64,000 bases of DNA from Bdellovibrionales bacterium (lineage in GTDB: Bacteria > Bdellovibrionota > Bdellovibrionia > Bdellovibrionales > UBA1609), in contig OZ250145.1 in the NCBI GenBank assembly GCA_965237565.1, forward strand, positions 62,023-126,022, written 5' to 3'. The notes under the pieces are model-generated. The model searched no databases. It was given only the letters and a program-made list of their open reading frames with translations, and was not told the origin of the DNA. The position numbers and the translations under genes were made by a program. Below, in pieces: positions 39,335 to 49,752 of this stretch. Each line of letters begins with the position of its first letter. Position 1 is the stretch's first letter.

Positions 39335-39619
39335 TTACTTTCTTTGCACTTGGGATTTCTTGCCCGTAACATGGGTATTAAAAATCCTCGTAGGTGCAAA
39401 TTCTCCAAATTTGTGTCCAATCATATTTTCCGATACAAAAACAGGAATGAATTTCTTGCCGTTATGAATAGCAAAAGTCAAACCCACAGCATCAGGAGTA
39501 ATGAGAGATCTCCTAGACCAAGTTTTAATGACCTTCTTTTCTCCTGTTTTTTTGGCCTCGTCGATTTTTTCGAGCAAATGATAATCTACAAAAGGACCTT
39601 TTTTCACTGATCTAGACAT
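39335..39619 (-). CDS. rpsS: 30S ribosomal protein S19
   Basis: [30 protein letters not shown]. Start moved to ATG 39619. Confidence 0.98.
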   Translation of the reverse strand: MSRSVKKGPFVDYHLLEKIDEAKKTGEKKVIKTWSRRSLITPDAVGLTFAIHNGKKFIPVFVSENMIGHKFGEFAPTRIFNTHVTGKKSQVQRK

Positions 39620-39632
39620 AGTTACTTCCCGT

Positions 39633-40469
39633 TTAAGAGTCCGACCCCTTAGCATAACGACGACGAACAATCATTTTATCCGTTCGTTTGTTGTTCCGAG
39701 TTCGATAACCTTTACATGGCTTCCCCCAAGGAGTCATGGGATGATTGCCTTTCCCGACGGCTTCCCCTCCTCCCATGGGATGATCAATGGGGTTCATTGC
39801 CGTTCCACGCACACCAGGTCTCCATCCTCTCCAGCGACTTTGCCCCGCCTTTCCCCAACGAATGTTTTCATTGTCCGTGTTTCCTAGCTGACCGATAGAA
39901 GCCCTGCAAGCAGACAAGACACGGCGAAGTTCTCCAGAAGGCATCTTGATTTGGCAATACTTTTCATCCTTGGCCGCCAAGACCGCTTCTGTTCCCGCAC
40001 TACGGGCCACTTGTCCCCCCTTCCCGGGTTTCAGCTCAACATTATGAATCACTGTACCAGCTGGAATCTTAGAAAGAGGCAAGTTGTTGCCCGGCTGAAT
40101 ATCAGCCAGATCACTGGACAATACTTCTTGTCCCACATGCAAAGCCAAGGGCGCCAAAATGTAAGATTTGCTTCCATCTTTGTAGACAATGAGAGCGATA
40201 TAACAGGTCCTATTGGGGTCGTATTCAATAGCCAACACCCGTGCCACAATGTCGGTCTTCAGTCTTTTGAAATCAATTTCTCGGTAATTTCTTTTATGAC
40301 CTCCTCCGTGGTGACGAACAGTAATTCGACCACGATTGTTACGGCCTGCCTTTTTTCTCAAGGCTTGAAGCAACGATTTTTCAGGCTTCGCCTTTGTGAG
40401 CTCTTTAAAATCAAATATCGATTTTTTGCGAGTGGAAGCTGTGTAGGGTTTTAAAAATCTCATTCCCAT
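39633..40469 (-). CDS. rplB: 50S ribosomal protein L2
   Basis: [34 protein letters not shown]. Confidence 0.99.
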   Translation of the reverse strand: MGMRFLKPYTASTRKKSIFDFKELTKAKPEKSLLQALRKKAGRNNRGRITVRHHGGGHKRNYREIDFKRLKTDIVARVLAIEYDPNRTCYIALIVYKDGSKSYILAPLALHVGQEVLSSDLADIQPGNNLPLSKIPAGTVIHNVELKPGKGGQVARSAGTEAVLAAKDEKYCQIKMPSGELRRVLSACRASIGQLGNTDNENIRWGKAGQSRWRGWRPGVRGTAMNPIDHPMGGGEAVGKGNHPMTPWGKPCKGYRTRNNKRTDKMIVRRRYAKGSDS

Positions 40470-40471
40470 TA

Positions 40472-40750
40472 TTAGTTCCCCTCGAAGAGGCTGATTTTTT
40501 CACCAGCTACCAATCGGACAATTGCTTTTTTCCAATACTTCACTCGTCCATAACCATGTTTTGAACGACGAGCACGTCCTCGACAAATCGCTGTTCTCAC
40601 GGATTCCACTTTTACATCAAAATACTTTTCAACATGAGCTTTAATTGTTGTCTTATTCGCAGAACGAGATACTTCAAATACGTGAGTGTTCTTACTTGCG
40701 AATAGATTATTTTTTTCTGTTAAAAGAGGACGTTTAATCACATAACTCAT
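40472..40750 (-). CDS. rplW: 50S ribosomal protein L23
   Basis: [24 protein letters not shown]. Confidence 0.96.
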   Translation of the reverse strand: MSYVIKRPLLTEKNNLFASKNTHVFEVSRSANKTTIKAHVEKYFDVKVESVRTAICRGRARRSKHGYGRVKYWKKAIVRLVAGEKISLFEGN

Positions 40751-41385
40751 CTTTTTATTCCCTCAGCAAAACGTTTTGTCAAAGCCAAAACTCCTCGCTG
40801 ACTCATAACCAGATGACCGTAGCGAAGCAAATCAAAAGCATTTAAGGCTTTGACTGGTAAAAATTGAAAAGACCTGAGGTTTTTACAAGCTCTTTGAAAC
40901 AAAAATTCTGCTTCTTGGTCCACCAACAAGGCTTTCCCTAGACCAAACAACTTCAATCTTTCAGACAATTCTTTCGTTTTTCCCTCTTCCGATTTCATAT
41001 CCTCCACGACAAAAATTCTTTTTTCCTTCCATAAGTGAGAAAGAGCTTGTTTTAAACCAGATGCTTTCACTTTCTTCGGCAAGGAATAGTTATATTTTCT
41101 AGGACGCGGACCAAATGTTACTCCGCCAGCTTCATTCAGAGGAGAGCGAATAGAACCTTGACGAGCATTTCCCGTTCCCTTTTGACGAAAGGGCTTTTTC
41201 CCTCCCCCTCTAACCTCACCTCTCGTTTTGGCTTTGTGAGTCCCTTGTCTCCGCGAGGCTCTTTGCCAACGAATGATTTCGTGAATATTGTGTAAAGACA
41301 CTTCCTGCATAAAAATGCTTTCTGGCAGTTCTAATTCACCCACTGTTTCTTTTTTCCAATTCAAAAGTTTTGCTTTCACCATCAT
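40747..41385 (-). CDS. rplD: 50S ribosomal protein L4
   Basis: RQGTHKAKTRGEVRGGGKKPFRQKGTGNARQGS. Confidence 0.98.
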   Translation of the reverse strand: MMVKAKLLNWKKETVGELELPESIFMQEVSLHNIHEIIRWQRASRRQGTHKAKTRGEVRGGGKKPFRQKGTGNARQGSIRSPLNEAGGVTFGPRPRKYNYSLPKKVKASGLKQALSHLWKEKRIFVVEDMKSEEGKTKELSERLKLFGLGKALLVDQEAEFLFQRACKNLRSFQFLPVKALNAFDLLRYGHLVMSQRGVLALTKRFAEGIKR

Positions 41386-41418
41386 TAACTTTTCGCCTTA
41401 CTTTGGTTTTTTACCTTG

Positions 41419-42195
41419 TTAGATTTTGTGTAAGTACACTAAGGAATTCCTAGCTCCAGCAACGGAACCTTTTACAACAATTAATTGCTCATCCGGAATG
41501 ACATCAATCACTCGCACATTTTTCAAACTTGTTTGCCTCACACCATAGTGGCCCGGCATTTTTTTCCCAGGCATTACACGAGCCGGCTCTGTCCGGTTTC
41601 CAATAGAACCGGAAGTCCGATGCGTTTTGGCTCCGTGAGAGGCCGGTCCGCCTTTAAAGTGCCATCTCTTTACCACGCCTGCAAAACCATGTCCCTTTGA
41701 AACACTTGTCAGCTTCAGCATGTCCCCTTTTTGAATAGAATGAATGGAGACAGGCTGAGCCACTTTTATATTCTCGCTAGGGCTCTGTCTGACCTCGCGA
41801 ATGTAACGAGCCCCTTGTTCAAAACCAGCAGGAGATAAATGTTTTTTTATAGCCTTTGAACATCGTTCGTTCTTTTGGGGAACAAAGGCTATTTGTATGC
41901 TCTCGTATCCATCCCTTTGCTTGGTCTTGACCTGAGAAACAAATGAAGTAGGCATTTTTAAAAACGTTACAGCTAGGCAAGTTCCTTTTTCATCGTAAAC
42001 GGAGGACATTCCCTTTTTAAAAGCATAGAGCCCATTGAGTTTCACAGTTTCTATTTCTGCCTGTTTGGATTCTGTGGCTCCTACTTGTTTGGATTCCGTG
42101 GCTCTTGCTTCCGTTTTCTTGGACTCGGTAGTTTCTTTGTCAATTTTGGATTCAAAGTTTTTCTTTGAGTTTGGAATCTGATCTTTTTTAGTCAT
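41419..42195 (-). CDS. rplC: 50S ribosomal protein L3 with repetitive N-terminal extension
   Basis: [35 protein letters not shown]. Likely ATG 42195; ~50 aa N-terminal tail with ATESKQ repeats. Confidence 0.96.
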   Translation of the reverse strand: MTKKDQIPNSKKNFESKIDKETTESKKTEARATESKQVGATESKQAEIETVKLNGLYAFKKGMSSVYDEKGTCLAVTFLKMPTSFVSQVKTKQRDGYESIQIAFVPQKNERCSKAIKKHLSPAGFEQGARYIREVRQSPSENIKVAQPVSIHSIQKGDMLKLTSVSKGHGFAGVVKRWHFKGGPASHGAKTHRTSGSIGNRTEPARVMPGKKMPGHYGVRQTSLKNVRVIDVIPDEQLIVVKGSVAGARNSLVYLHKI

Positions 42196-42517
42196 TTTTG
42201 CTTCTCGTAAAAATAACAACATCCACTCCAGCCGGAAGATCTAGCTTCATCAATTGGCTAACAGTCTGAGGAGTTGGTTCCGAGATCTCCAAAAGCCGTT
42301 TGTAACAACGAATCTCGAATTGTTCTCTAGATTTTTTATTTACATGAGGAGATCGCAAAACTGTGTAGCGATTAATTTTTACAGGCAAAGGGATGGGACC
42401 AGCCACATTGGCTCCCGTCCTCTTGGCCGTATCTACAATCCCGCGGACGGACTGGTCCAAGAGCTTGTGATCGAAGCCTGTGAGACGAATTCGTATTCTC
42501 TGTCCTTCCATTTCCAT
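42188..42517 (-). CDS. rpsJ: 30S ribosomal protein S10
   Basis: [29 protein letters not shown]. Confidence 0.98.
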   Translation of the reverse strand: MEMEGQRIRIRLTGFDHKLLDQSVRGIVDTAKRTGANVAGPIPLPVKINRYTVLRSPHVNKKSREQFEIRCYKRLLEISEPTPQTVSQLMKLDLPAGVDVVIFTRSKND

Positions 42518-42783
42518 TTGTTCTAACCTGCCTACGAGTGATCAAATCCTCTCCTGTTACAATTGCCACGTATCCCCTAAACGAAATGGGAACTTCCTTA
42601 TCCAGCACTTTCTTATTGTTAAGCAAGATAGCGGGCTCCCTACTAAAACCAACAACGCATGTCGGACCCAGCTCATCTTGTCAAATACAGAGCCAAGAGA
42701 TATAATGCAACGTGTGAAGCTACCCCATTCCTTTTTTTCAAGTCAAGTCTCATCTAGCGGGTATTTGTAAGAAACTTTTTTCA

Positions 42784-42858
42784 GGTCACGTAGCTCAGTT
42801 TGGATAGAGCAACAGTTTCCGGAACTGTAGGTCGTGGGTTCGAATCCTACCGTGACCA
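42784..42858 (+). tRNA. tRNA-Arg(CCG), CCA not encoded
   Basis: Acceptor ggtcacg/cgtgacc, D-stem gctc/gagc, anticodon stem acagt/actgt with loop ttCCGga, T-arm gtggg-ttcgaat-cctac. Confidence 0.96.
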
Positions 42859-43076
42859 CTTAAAATAAGTAATACCAACAAGTTAGAGAATATACTTGCC
42901 TATAACTATTACAAACTATTACACCCCTTATCCACATCCCTAGCTTGCAAAGAGGCTTGAGGGGGAAAAGCTGTGTTTTTTTCACTAGCCCTTGAAAGAA
43001 ATCTAGGAGTCTTTGTCACTCTCTTCTCTGTGCTACAATCAATGAAGAAACACATTGTAAAATAAGAACTCCACTT

Positions 43077-44267
43077 ATGAATTTGATTACCAGCCTTTTG
43101 TTACTTTTGATCTGTTCTAGGCTCTTTGGCCGTCTCTTCAAATTGCTAGGGTTTCAGGAAATCATCGGCGAAATCCTAGGAGGACTCTTGATTGGACTGA
43201 CTCAATTCGTGAGTCCCAGTCAGGAACTTAGTGGCATTGTGGAGCTATCAATTTTTCTGCTCATATTTTCTGCTGGCCTCGAAATGAGTCTGAAAGATAT
43301 CTTTTCTGCAATTAGAAAAAAAGCTCTCATCTGTACCTTTGTTAGCTTTTCTATTTCTTTTTCAACCGGCGCAGTTTTGGCTTATCTGATAGGATTGAAA
43401 TTAATATCCATTCTCGTGGTAAGCCTTTGTTTTTCCATCACTGCTTTGCCCATAGTTGTGAGTCTCATTCAAAATTTCAAAATCACAGACTCCAGAGTGG
43501 GACACTTGATCGTAGCTTCAGCTGTCTTGACAGATATCATTGCACTTCTCTTCTTGGGAATCGCCTTTGATATGGGAAAAACCAATACAACATTAGAATT
43601 TTTGCAAACTTTTGCCATAAAGGGATTTAAAATGGCTGTATTTTTTATCACAGTCATGATCGTTAATAAATTTTTAAAATTTGAATTTTCCCATGTACAC
43701 AAAACAGAAAAATTATTTGGTCGAATGATTGATTACCTAGGCTCTGAAGCCGTTTTTGGGGTGGGGGTGGTTTTTGTTCTTTGTTTTTCCACGCTCAGCG
43801 AATCCCTTGGTTTTCATTTTATTATTGGTGCTTTCTTTGGCGGACTCTTGTTGAATAAAGATATTATTGGGACCAATGCCTTTCGTTCTATGAGCAACAC
43901 CCTAGATGCAGTAACAAAACATTTTCTTACTCCCATTTTCTTCGCCTACATTGGTTTGCATTTTTCAATAGAAGCTTTTGAAGTATGGCAGACACTTCTT
44001 TTGGTGGTCGTAGGAGCTTTTATTAGCAAAATTTTTGGTTGTTGGTTGGGTGGTCGATTGGCCGGCATCAGTAACAGGGAATCCTTGCAAATGGGTATTG
44101 TACTAAACTCTAGAGGGGTACTAGATCTGATTGTGGCCAACTTGGCTTTTTCAAAGGGTTATATTCAGTCTGACATTTTTTCTATTCTGATATTTTTGGG
44201 TGTTAGCAGTGTGATTCTCAATCCTATTTTATACAGGCGAATGATTGCTCCTGCACAAACGAAGTAA
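43077..44267 (+). CDS. CPA2-family cation/proton antiporter (NapA/KefB-like)
   Basis: ~12 TM; GEILGG, LIFSAGLE, SITALP, AVLTD, GAFFGGL, NSRG. Confidence 0.9.
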   Translation: MNLITSLLLLLICSRLFGRLFKLLGFQEIIGEILGGLLIGLTQFVSPSQELSGIVELSIFLLIFSAGLEMSLKDIFSAIRKKALICTFVSFSISFSTGAVLAYLIGLKLISILVVSLCFSITALPIVVSLIQNFKITDSRVGHLIVASAVLTDIIALLFLGIAFDMGKTNTTLEFLQTFAIKGFKMAVFFITVMIVNKFLKFEFSHVHKTEKLFGRMIDYLGSEAVFGVGVVFVLCFSTLSESLGFHFIIGAFFGGLLLNKDIIGTNAFRSMSNTLDAVTKHFLTPIFFAYIGLHFSIEAFEVWQTLLLVVVGAFISKIFGCWLGGRLAGISNRESLQMGIVLNSRGVLDLIVANLAFSKGYIQSDIFSILIFLGVSSVILNPILYRRMIAPAQTK

Positions 44268-44327
44268 AACTCTCTCTGCATATCTGTAAGAAGCTATACC
44301 CCCTTTCACGATTCGCACAAGATGACT

Positions 44328-45089
44328 CTATTTTTTACAAATGGGAACCAGTTGTAATCCCTCTTTTCCAAAATTGCAGATAGGTACAGACCAAATCATC
44401 CTTGCTTCATTCACGCAAAAAACTTTGAGAACTGTAGATGCCTCCTGATGGGAAGAACTCTTCCAACCGCAAACCAAGAGGCTTCCCTCTTCAGAACAAG
44501 TGGCTATACCACTGGCTTGAAAATTTGACTCACAAACAGCTTGGTAGGATTTGTCTTCTTTAATTGGTGCTGTGTTTTTCAAGCATTTCGCGTTACCCTG
44601 ATTGCAGGAAGGAATAATGTTTTGTAAAGCATGATCCTCTTCATTTACGCAAACAGCTTTGCTCTCCTTGCATTTGGGAACGCCATTTGAACAAATCGGT
44701 TCCCCTGTTACACAATTCACCTTTTTTTCAAAATTTTTGGAGTCCCTTTGCCCTTTTTCTGACTTGTCATCTAGATCCTCTGTCTCTTCACAATTTTCTT
44801 TTTTCTCACCCACAAGGACTTGGTAAGCATCTGATTTTGTCTTTGTAAGGAAAGTGATTTCATAGTTATCAGCTTTGTATTCTTTTTCTTCTTCCTTAAT
44901 GGCGAAAGGGAAATCCCCGCCTAAGCCAAAAAAATATTCGATCAAACTTATACAAGATTTTGGCTTGAGATGTATTTCTTCTCCACCACTTTTTGTGAGT
45001 ATAAGTTCCTCATCTGTTTGATTTATGACTGTATGAATTTTGCATCCCATTAAGAACGAACACAAAAAAATAATCGCAAAAAATTTCAT
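44328..45089 (-). CDS. Cys-rich hypothetical lipoprotein
   Basis: ATG 45089 MKFFAIIFLCSFLMG-C lipobox; many Cys in repeated C-x(5-7)-C / VPxC motifs. Confidence 0.7.
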   Translation of the reverse strand: MKFFAIIFLCSFLMGCKIHTVINQTDEELILTKSGGEEIHLKPKSCISLIEYFFGLGGDFPFAIKEEEKEYKADNYEITFLTKTKSDAYQVLVGEKKENCEETEDLDDKSEKGQRDSKNFEKKVNCVTGEPICSNGVPKCKESKAVCVNEEDHALQNIIPSCNQGNAKCLKNTAPIKEDKSYQAVCESNFQASGIATCSEEGSLLVCGWKSSSHQEASTVLKVFCVNEARMIWSVPICNFGKEGLQLVPICKK

Positions 45090-45181
45090 TTTTTCTCCCT
45101 CATCTTTGCACGGCAAAGTCCGACTGAAAGCAAAACAATTTGGAAACCACTTTTTTGCCTCATTGGATAAAAAACTCAGAG

Positions 45182-45859
45182 CTAGAAACTGAGATTAAGC
45201 CAAAGTCCAACAGATAGGAACCAAGTCTGATAAAATAAAATATCACTTATTTTTTCTGACTCATTCTTTGTAGCCGTAACAGATTCACCGTAATCTATGC
45301 GAACGACCGAGAACAGAGGCTTGTAAACACCCAATTCCAAATTCAAAGAAAGCTTGTCAATTAAAATAAATCGATAGCCTATATGAAATGTGGGACCATG
45401 ATTGAAAATATTTATTGTGTAGGTTTCATCTTCGGGCAAAGTTTGCCTTCCTATATCGGCTGAGAGAATAATATCCCTTTCCACTCTTCCGTCACTTGGA
45501 ACCATCAAGCGATAACCCGCTTCTAGGTAAGGACCTTGATACATGTTTATTCCCCAACCGAAACTTCCATCAAAAATCACGGAATTTGTTAAAGCTCTCG
45601 TAACCAAATGTAATTCACTAGCTTCCATACCTAGCTGGGGCCCTACCCTCCGATAAGTATCTATGAAAAAATCCATTGCAAATCCAGCACCCAATTCAGT
45701 GTAAATCTGAGAACTAAAATGATATCGTCCTTGCAAAGCAATCTGAACAGGAAATTCTGTTCCAAAGCTGAGTTCGAAACGATCATTCCCTGAAACGAAG
45801 GCCATAGAAGAAAAAGGTACAAAAATGAGAAAAATCAAAAAATATTTAAACCGACCCAT
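45182..45859 (-). CDS. Small outer-membrane beta-barrel protein
   Basis: Signal peptide (SSMA), alternating strands (LEAGYRL, FHIGYRF, LNLELGVY), C-terminal beta-signal LWLNLSF. Confidence 0.75.
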   Translation of the reverse strand: MGRFKYFLIFLIFVPFSSMAFVSGNDRFELSFGTEFPVQIALQGRYHFSSQIYTELGAGFAMDFFIDTYRRVGPQLGMEASELHLVTRALTNSVIFDGSFGWGINMYQGPYLEAGYRLMVPSDGRVERDIILSADIGRQTLPEDETYTINIFNHGPTFHIGYRFILIDKLSLNLELGVYKPLFSVVRIDYGESVTATKNESEKISDILFYQTWFLSVGLWLNLSF

Positions 45860-45969
45860 TGCTTTCCCTCCTATTCACAAAAAGACACCAACACCAGTTA
45901 GGACTCTACCATCATTGGATTCAACAGACTATTTATAACAAGCCATAGGTCATGAAAAAGCCAAAATAT

Positions 45970-47310
45970 TTATAAAAGAGACTGAATACTTCTTTCCACA
46001 ACTGGTCTATTTTCTGGTGATACATAGATGCGATCAACCAGTTGGACGTGGTCCAATTGATTGAATGCTTTCATCTTTTCTCGAAGTTTTACAGCTGATT
46101 TCTTTTCCTCATCCAAAAAAATATAAATGGGATAATTTTCCTCTGCTTCCGGTACCAAATAAAGCCGTCTTATATGAGCCATTGAATTGGTGTGAATAAA
46201 ATGAATTTTGTTCTTCTCTAAGAAGATTTTTATTTTTTCTAACGTTTTACTTGGTTCTTGTTGTTTCAAATAAGGATATTGAATCTCATAAACTCTCTCA
46301 TAAGGTTTTTTTTCAATAATTCTCCTTGCCCATTCATTACTCTTGCTTGCCCCTCTGAGATTTTCAAACAAAGTATCATCTGTGCAGAAAATGTATTCAT
46401 CTAGAGAAATAGGAATATGAAAATCACAATCCGGACTGGAAAAATAACGACAAAGCATTGCGTCCATCGCAACCATCTTGTTGTGAAAATACACAACCAA
46501 TCCCATGTGTCGTCGACCCAATAGGAAATTTTCAACACTGTATAAAGCACGTGGTCCAATAGCCAAAAAAACTTTTTCTTTTTGAATATATAATTCTAGA
46601 TTGTTCAATATCCACTCGTGATCACAGAGTCCGTAGTTGGTACCGCAAAAATAAGAATCCCTCCGCAGGTAATCCATGCGATCTACATCCAAATCAGAGC
46701 TAATGATTTGTTTCAACAGAGGTCTAAAATCCAAACCATCTGAAATAAAAAAATTCTTATCCGGCAATGAAACTCTGTCATCTATCAAAGAGGCCACACA
46801 TAAAGGATCAACATCCATGGAGCGAATCATATCGGCTAGATCGGATTCTAAAATAAATTTGATTGTGTAATGCTCGTGAGTCGCTTTCTTCTCAGAAGCT
46901 ACTGATTCTTTTTTGAAAGCCTGGATAGGAAGAGCTGATAGCAAAGGCATAGCTGCCTCAGAGATATGAGACAAGGGACCATGACCTACATCATGCAAAA
47001 GAGCGGCGATCCTTAGCAACTGACGAAATTGCTTTCTTTTTTGCGAGTTGAGTATTTTGCCGTCAGAAAACAAGGAATCAAAAGCCCGCCCTGCCAGATG
47101 AGAAACTCCCAAAGAATGTAAGAAACGATTGTGAACGGCGCCGGGAAAAGCAAACTCAGAAAAACCTAACTGACGAATGTATCGAAGTCTTTGGAAGATC
47201 AGGGAATCAAGCACACGAGACTCGGCGTCGGAAAAAGTAATGTGCTTATGTACGGGATCCAGTATTCTCACAAGCCACGGGAAGCTACTAAAACGAAAAA
47301 TACCCGTCAA
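45970..47310 (-). CDS. HD-domain phosphohydrolase (SAMHD1/YwfO-like dNTPase family)
   Basis: DPVH, FQRLRYIRQLG, HNRFLHSLG, LLHDVGHGPLSH, DVDRMDYL.RD, VYFH. Confidence 0.9.
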   Translation of the reverse strand: MTGIFRFSSFPWLVRILDPVHKHITFSDAESRVLDSLIFQRLRYIRQLGFSEFAFPGAVHNRFLHSLGVSHLAGRAFDSLFSDGKILNSQKRKQFRQLLRIAALLHDVGHGPLSHISEAAMPLLSALPIQAFKKESVASEKKATHEHYTIKFILESDLADMIRSMDVDPLCVASLIDDRVSLPDKNFFISDGLDFRPLLKQIISSDLDVDRMDYLRRDSYFCGTNYGLCDHEWILNNLELYIQKEKVFLAIGPRALYSVENFLLGRRHMGLVVYFHNKMVAMDAMLCRYFSSPDCDFHIPISLDEYIFCTDDTLFENLRGASKSNEWARRIIEKKPYERVYEIQYPYLKQQEPSKTLEKIKIFLEKNKIHFIHTNSMAHIRRLYLVPEAEENYPIYIFLDEEKKSAVKLREKMKAFNQLDHVQLVDRIYVSPENRPVVERSIQSLL

Positions 47311-47493
47311 GTGCAGAAAATGAAATTTTCTTACTTGATCTTACAATAAAAATCAAATTACGTGGCAAGGCTAAAATTAATGCACTAAATTAGCCTCTAA
47401 AAAATACAAAAAAAATTACGTCTTAATTTGTGAGGAGTTGCGAGCAATTGCTCAGAAACAGAGAGCTTTCTTTCTATTGACCACAAAGAAAAA

Positions 47494-47889
47494 ATGATTA
47501 GTCTCTGCCTCTACGTTCTTCAAAAAAGGAATCAGATGATAATAAATATTTCCAAAATCTGTTTTGTGATTGCTTTGTTTTTTACACTCTCTTCTTCCAA
47601 GGCTTCAAAAAGCCCAGCCACTCAACAAACTTGGCTGAATCAACAAGCTCCGGTCATTCAAGGAAATTTACAAGTTCTCACTACTTTTGAGGAAAAGGAA
47701 TACTGGAAAAATGAAGCAAACAGGTTGTTAGAACAAATCAATCAAAAACACTTTGGAGAAAGTGAATTTCTCAAAGCCCAAAGAGAATTGATGCATGTTA
47801 ACCGTCCACTCATGGGAGTTGTAAAACACGAGGCCGATTCGCTTTCCCAAAAAGAGTATGAAAGAAAAATATTAGGGACTCGTTATTGA
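47494..47889 (+). CDS. Hypothetical secreted protein (start possibly 47536)
   Basis: Hydrophobic signal ending SKA; helical mature part. Confidence 0.55.
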   Translation: MISLCLYVLQKRNQMIINISKICFVIALFFTLSSSKASKSPATQQTWLNQQAPVIQGNLQVLTTFEEKEYWKNEANRLLEQINQKHFGESEFLKAQRELMHVNRPLMGVVKHEADSLSQKEYERKILGTRY

Positions 47890-47911
47890 ATGCTTTGAAA
47901 TTTCTTTACAG

Positions 47912-48295
47912 TCATTTTTCCAAAAAAGCGATCGCCTCTATCTCTATTCCAACCCCTTTGGGAAGCTCCGAAACGGCAACACAAGAACGAGCTGGAAAGG
48001 GAGGCGTAAAATACATACTGTACACCTCATTGACAATGGAAAAGTCTTTCATTTTGACTAAATAGATTGTGGTCTTAATGATGTGCTGAAAATTCATACC
48101 GGCAGATTGTAAAACAGCATCAATATTCTCCATCACTTTTTTTGTCTGTAGGGCTATCTCACCTCTCACCAATTCTTTTGTTTGCGAATCCATAGGAATT
48201 TGCCCAGAAAGAAATAAAAATGGTTCCAGCCAAAGAGCTTGAGAGTAGGAACCGATAGGCTGAGGAGCTTTCTGAGATAAAATAACTTTTTTCAT
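47912..48295 (-). CDS. ridA: RidA enamine/imine deaminase
   Basis: APQPIGSYSQA, SGQIP, VNEVY, PARSCV, IEIEAIA. Confidence 0.95.
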   Translation of the reverse strand: MKKVILSQKAPQPIGSYSQALWLEPFLFLSGQIPMDSQTKELVRGEIALQTKKVMENIDAVLQSAGMNFQHIIKTTIYLVKMKDFSIVNEVYSMYFTPPFPARSCVAVSELPKGVGIEIEAIAFLEK

Positions 48296-48309
48296 GTATT
48301 TAACCGCCC

Positions 48310-49743
48310 TTATTCATAATCTGTGTCACCATCTACAAAGTCCAACTGGTATTTCCGCAAGCGATATCTAAAAGCTCTCAATGACAAACCTAGCAAGCTG
48401 GCTGCTTCTGTCTTCACTCCATTAGCTTTCTTAATTGCTTGTAGCAAAAGATCTTTTTCTATATCTCCAACTACCTCTTCCATGTTGAAGCCCTCCTCCG
48501 AGAGAGAAATCTGAGGAATTGGAACAGTCTCTGTCGATAAAGAAAGAATCTGATTTTTAAAAAGTGGAACAACTTCTTCCTTGGTAATGATATCTCCTTC
48601 GCTTAAAACGAGTAATCTTTCAACCAAATTTTCCAACTCACGAACGTTTCCCATATAATTATACTCTTGAAATAATTGCATAATTTCGTCAGATAAATTG
48701 ATTTCCATACTTCGATGTAATTTTTGTTGGTGCTTTTTCAGGAAATACCGAATCAAGAGGGGAATGTCTTCTTTTCTTTCTCTCAGAGGAGATATATGTA
48801 TATTCACCACATTTAAACGATAATACAAATCCTCTCTAAACGATCCTTCTTTTATCATATGTTCCAGTTCCCTATTGGTAGCTGCAATCAAACGTACTTT
48901 TATTTTTTTATCTTGTACTGCACCTACTTTTCGAATGACTTTTTCTTGCAAAGCTCTGAGAAGTTTGGGTTGAACAGGCAAAGGCATGTCCCCAATTTCA
49001 TCTAAAAATAGACTTCCTCCGTCTGCAGATTCAAAAAAACCTTTTTTGTCTTCAATTGCACCTGTGAAGGAACCTTTTTTATGACCAAACATCTCGGATT
49101 CAAGTAACTCATCTGGAATGGCTCCACAATTTACAGGTATGAAAATAGAATCTTTTAACTGGCTACTGTTATGAATGGCCCGAGCTATTACTTCTTTCCC
49201 TGTTCCACTTTCTCCAGTAATCAAAACATTGCTCGTGGAATGAGAAAGTTGCTCAATCGTCTTATGGATTTTACGCATAGCTGAAGACTCACCAATGAGC
49301 GGAATTTTTGATATTCCTTGTTCCCCCTTCTCATCAGGAAATTCCACATCTTCCTTTGTGTCCTGTAATTTGAGGCTTGAAAGAATGAGATTTTTAATCT
49401 CGTTCACGTTGAAGGGCTTAATGATATAGTCATAGGCTCCCATCTTCATAGCCTTTACAGCAGTCTCTGTCGTGTCAAAGGCTGTGATCATTATGAAAAT
49501 GCTATGGGGATTGATCTTCTTGGCTTCTTTCAGGAGATCCAAGCCAGATGCATGAGGCATTTTTAAGTCAGAAATAATCATATCGAAAGACTTTTGATTT
49601 ATTAAGTGCAGAGCCCTTCGACCATCTTCAGCCAAGGTGACTTCAAACGTATCTTCCGAATCAAAGGAAATTTTTTTTATTAGGATTTGAAAAAATTCAC
49701 AAATAGATTTTTCATCATCCGCAACAAGAATTTTTTTATACAT
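48310..49743 (-). CDS. pilR: Sigma-54-dependent response regulator PilR
   Basis: REC (ADD, D, T, K), GESGTGKE, GSFTGA, FLDEIG, FREDLYYRLNV, HTH; follows pilS. Confidence 0.88.
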   Translation of the reverse strand: MYKKILVADDEKSICEFFQILIKKISFDSEDTFEVTLAEDGRRALHLINQKSFDMIISDLKMPHASGLDLLKEAKKINPHSIFIMITAFDTTETAVKAMKMGAYDYIIKPFNVNEIKNLILSSLKLQDTKEDVEFPDEKGEQGISKIPLIGESSAMRKIHKTIEQLSHSTSNVLITGESGTGKEVIARAIHNSSQLKDSIFIPVNCGAIPDELLESEMFGHKKGSFTGAIEDKKGFFESADGGSLFLDEIGDMPLPVQPKLLRALQEKVIRKVGAVQDKKIKVRLIAATNRELEHMIKEGSFREDLYYRLNVVNIHISPLRERKEDIPLLIRYFLKKHQQKLHRSMEINLSDEIMQLFQEYNYMGNVRELENLVERLLVLSEGDIITKEEVVPLFKNQILSLSTETVPIPQISLSEEGFNMEEVVGDIEKDLLLQAIKKANGVKTEAASLLGLSLRAFRYRLRKYQLDFVDGDTDYE

Positions 49744-49752
49744 ACCGACTGA

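Noticed and set aside
42928-42936. Perfect DnaA box TTATCCACA after tRNA-Arg
   Set aside because: Single box with no cluster and no dnaA or gidA nearby; it does not support oriC and could be chance.
42784-47900. tRNA-anchored genomic island
   Set aside because: No integrase, no duplicated tRNA 3' end seen, and no obvious compositional shift.
47912-48310. Missing pilA after pilR
   Set aside because: An unlinked major pilin is common, so it is not informative from this window alone.
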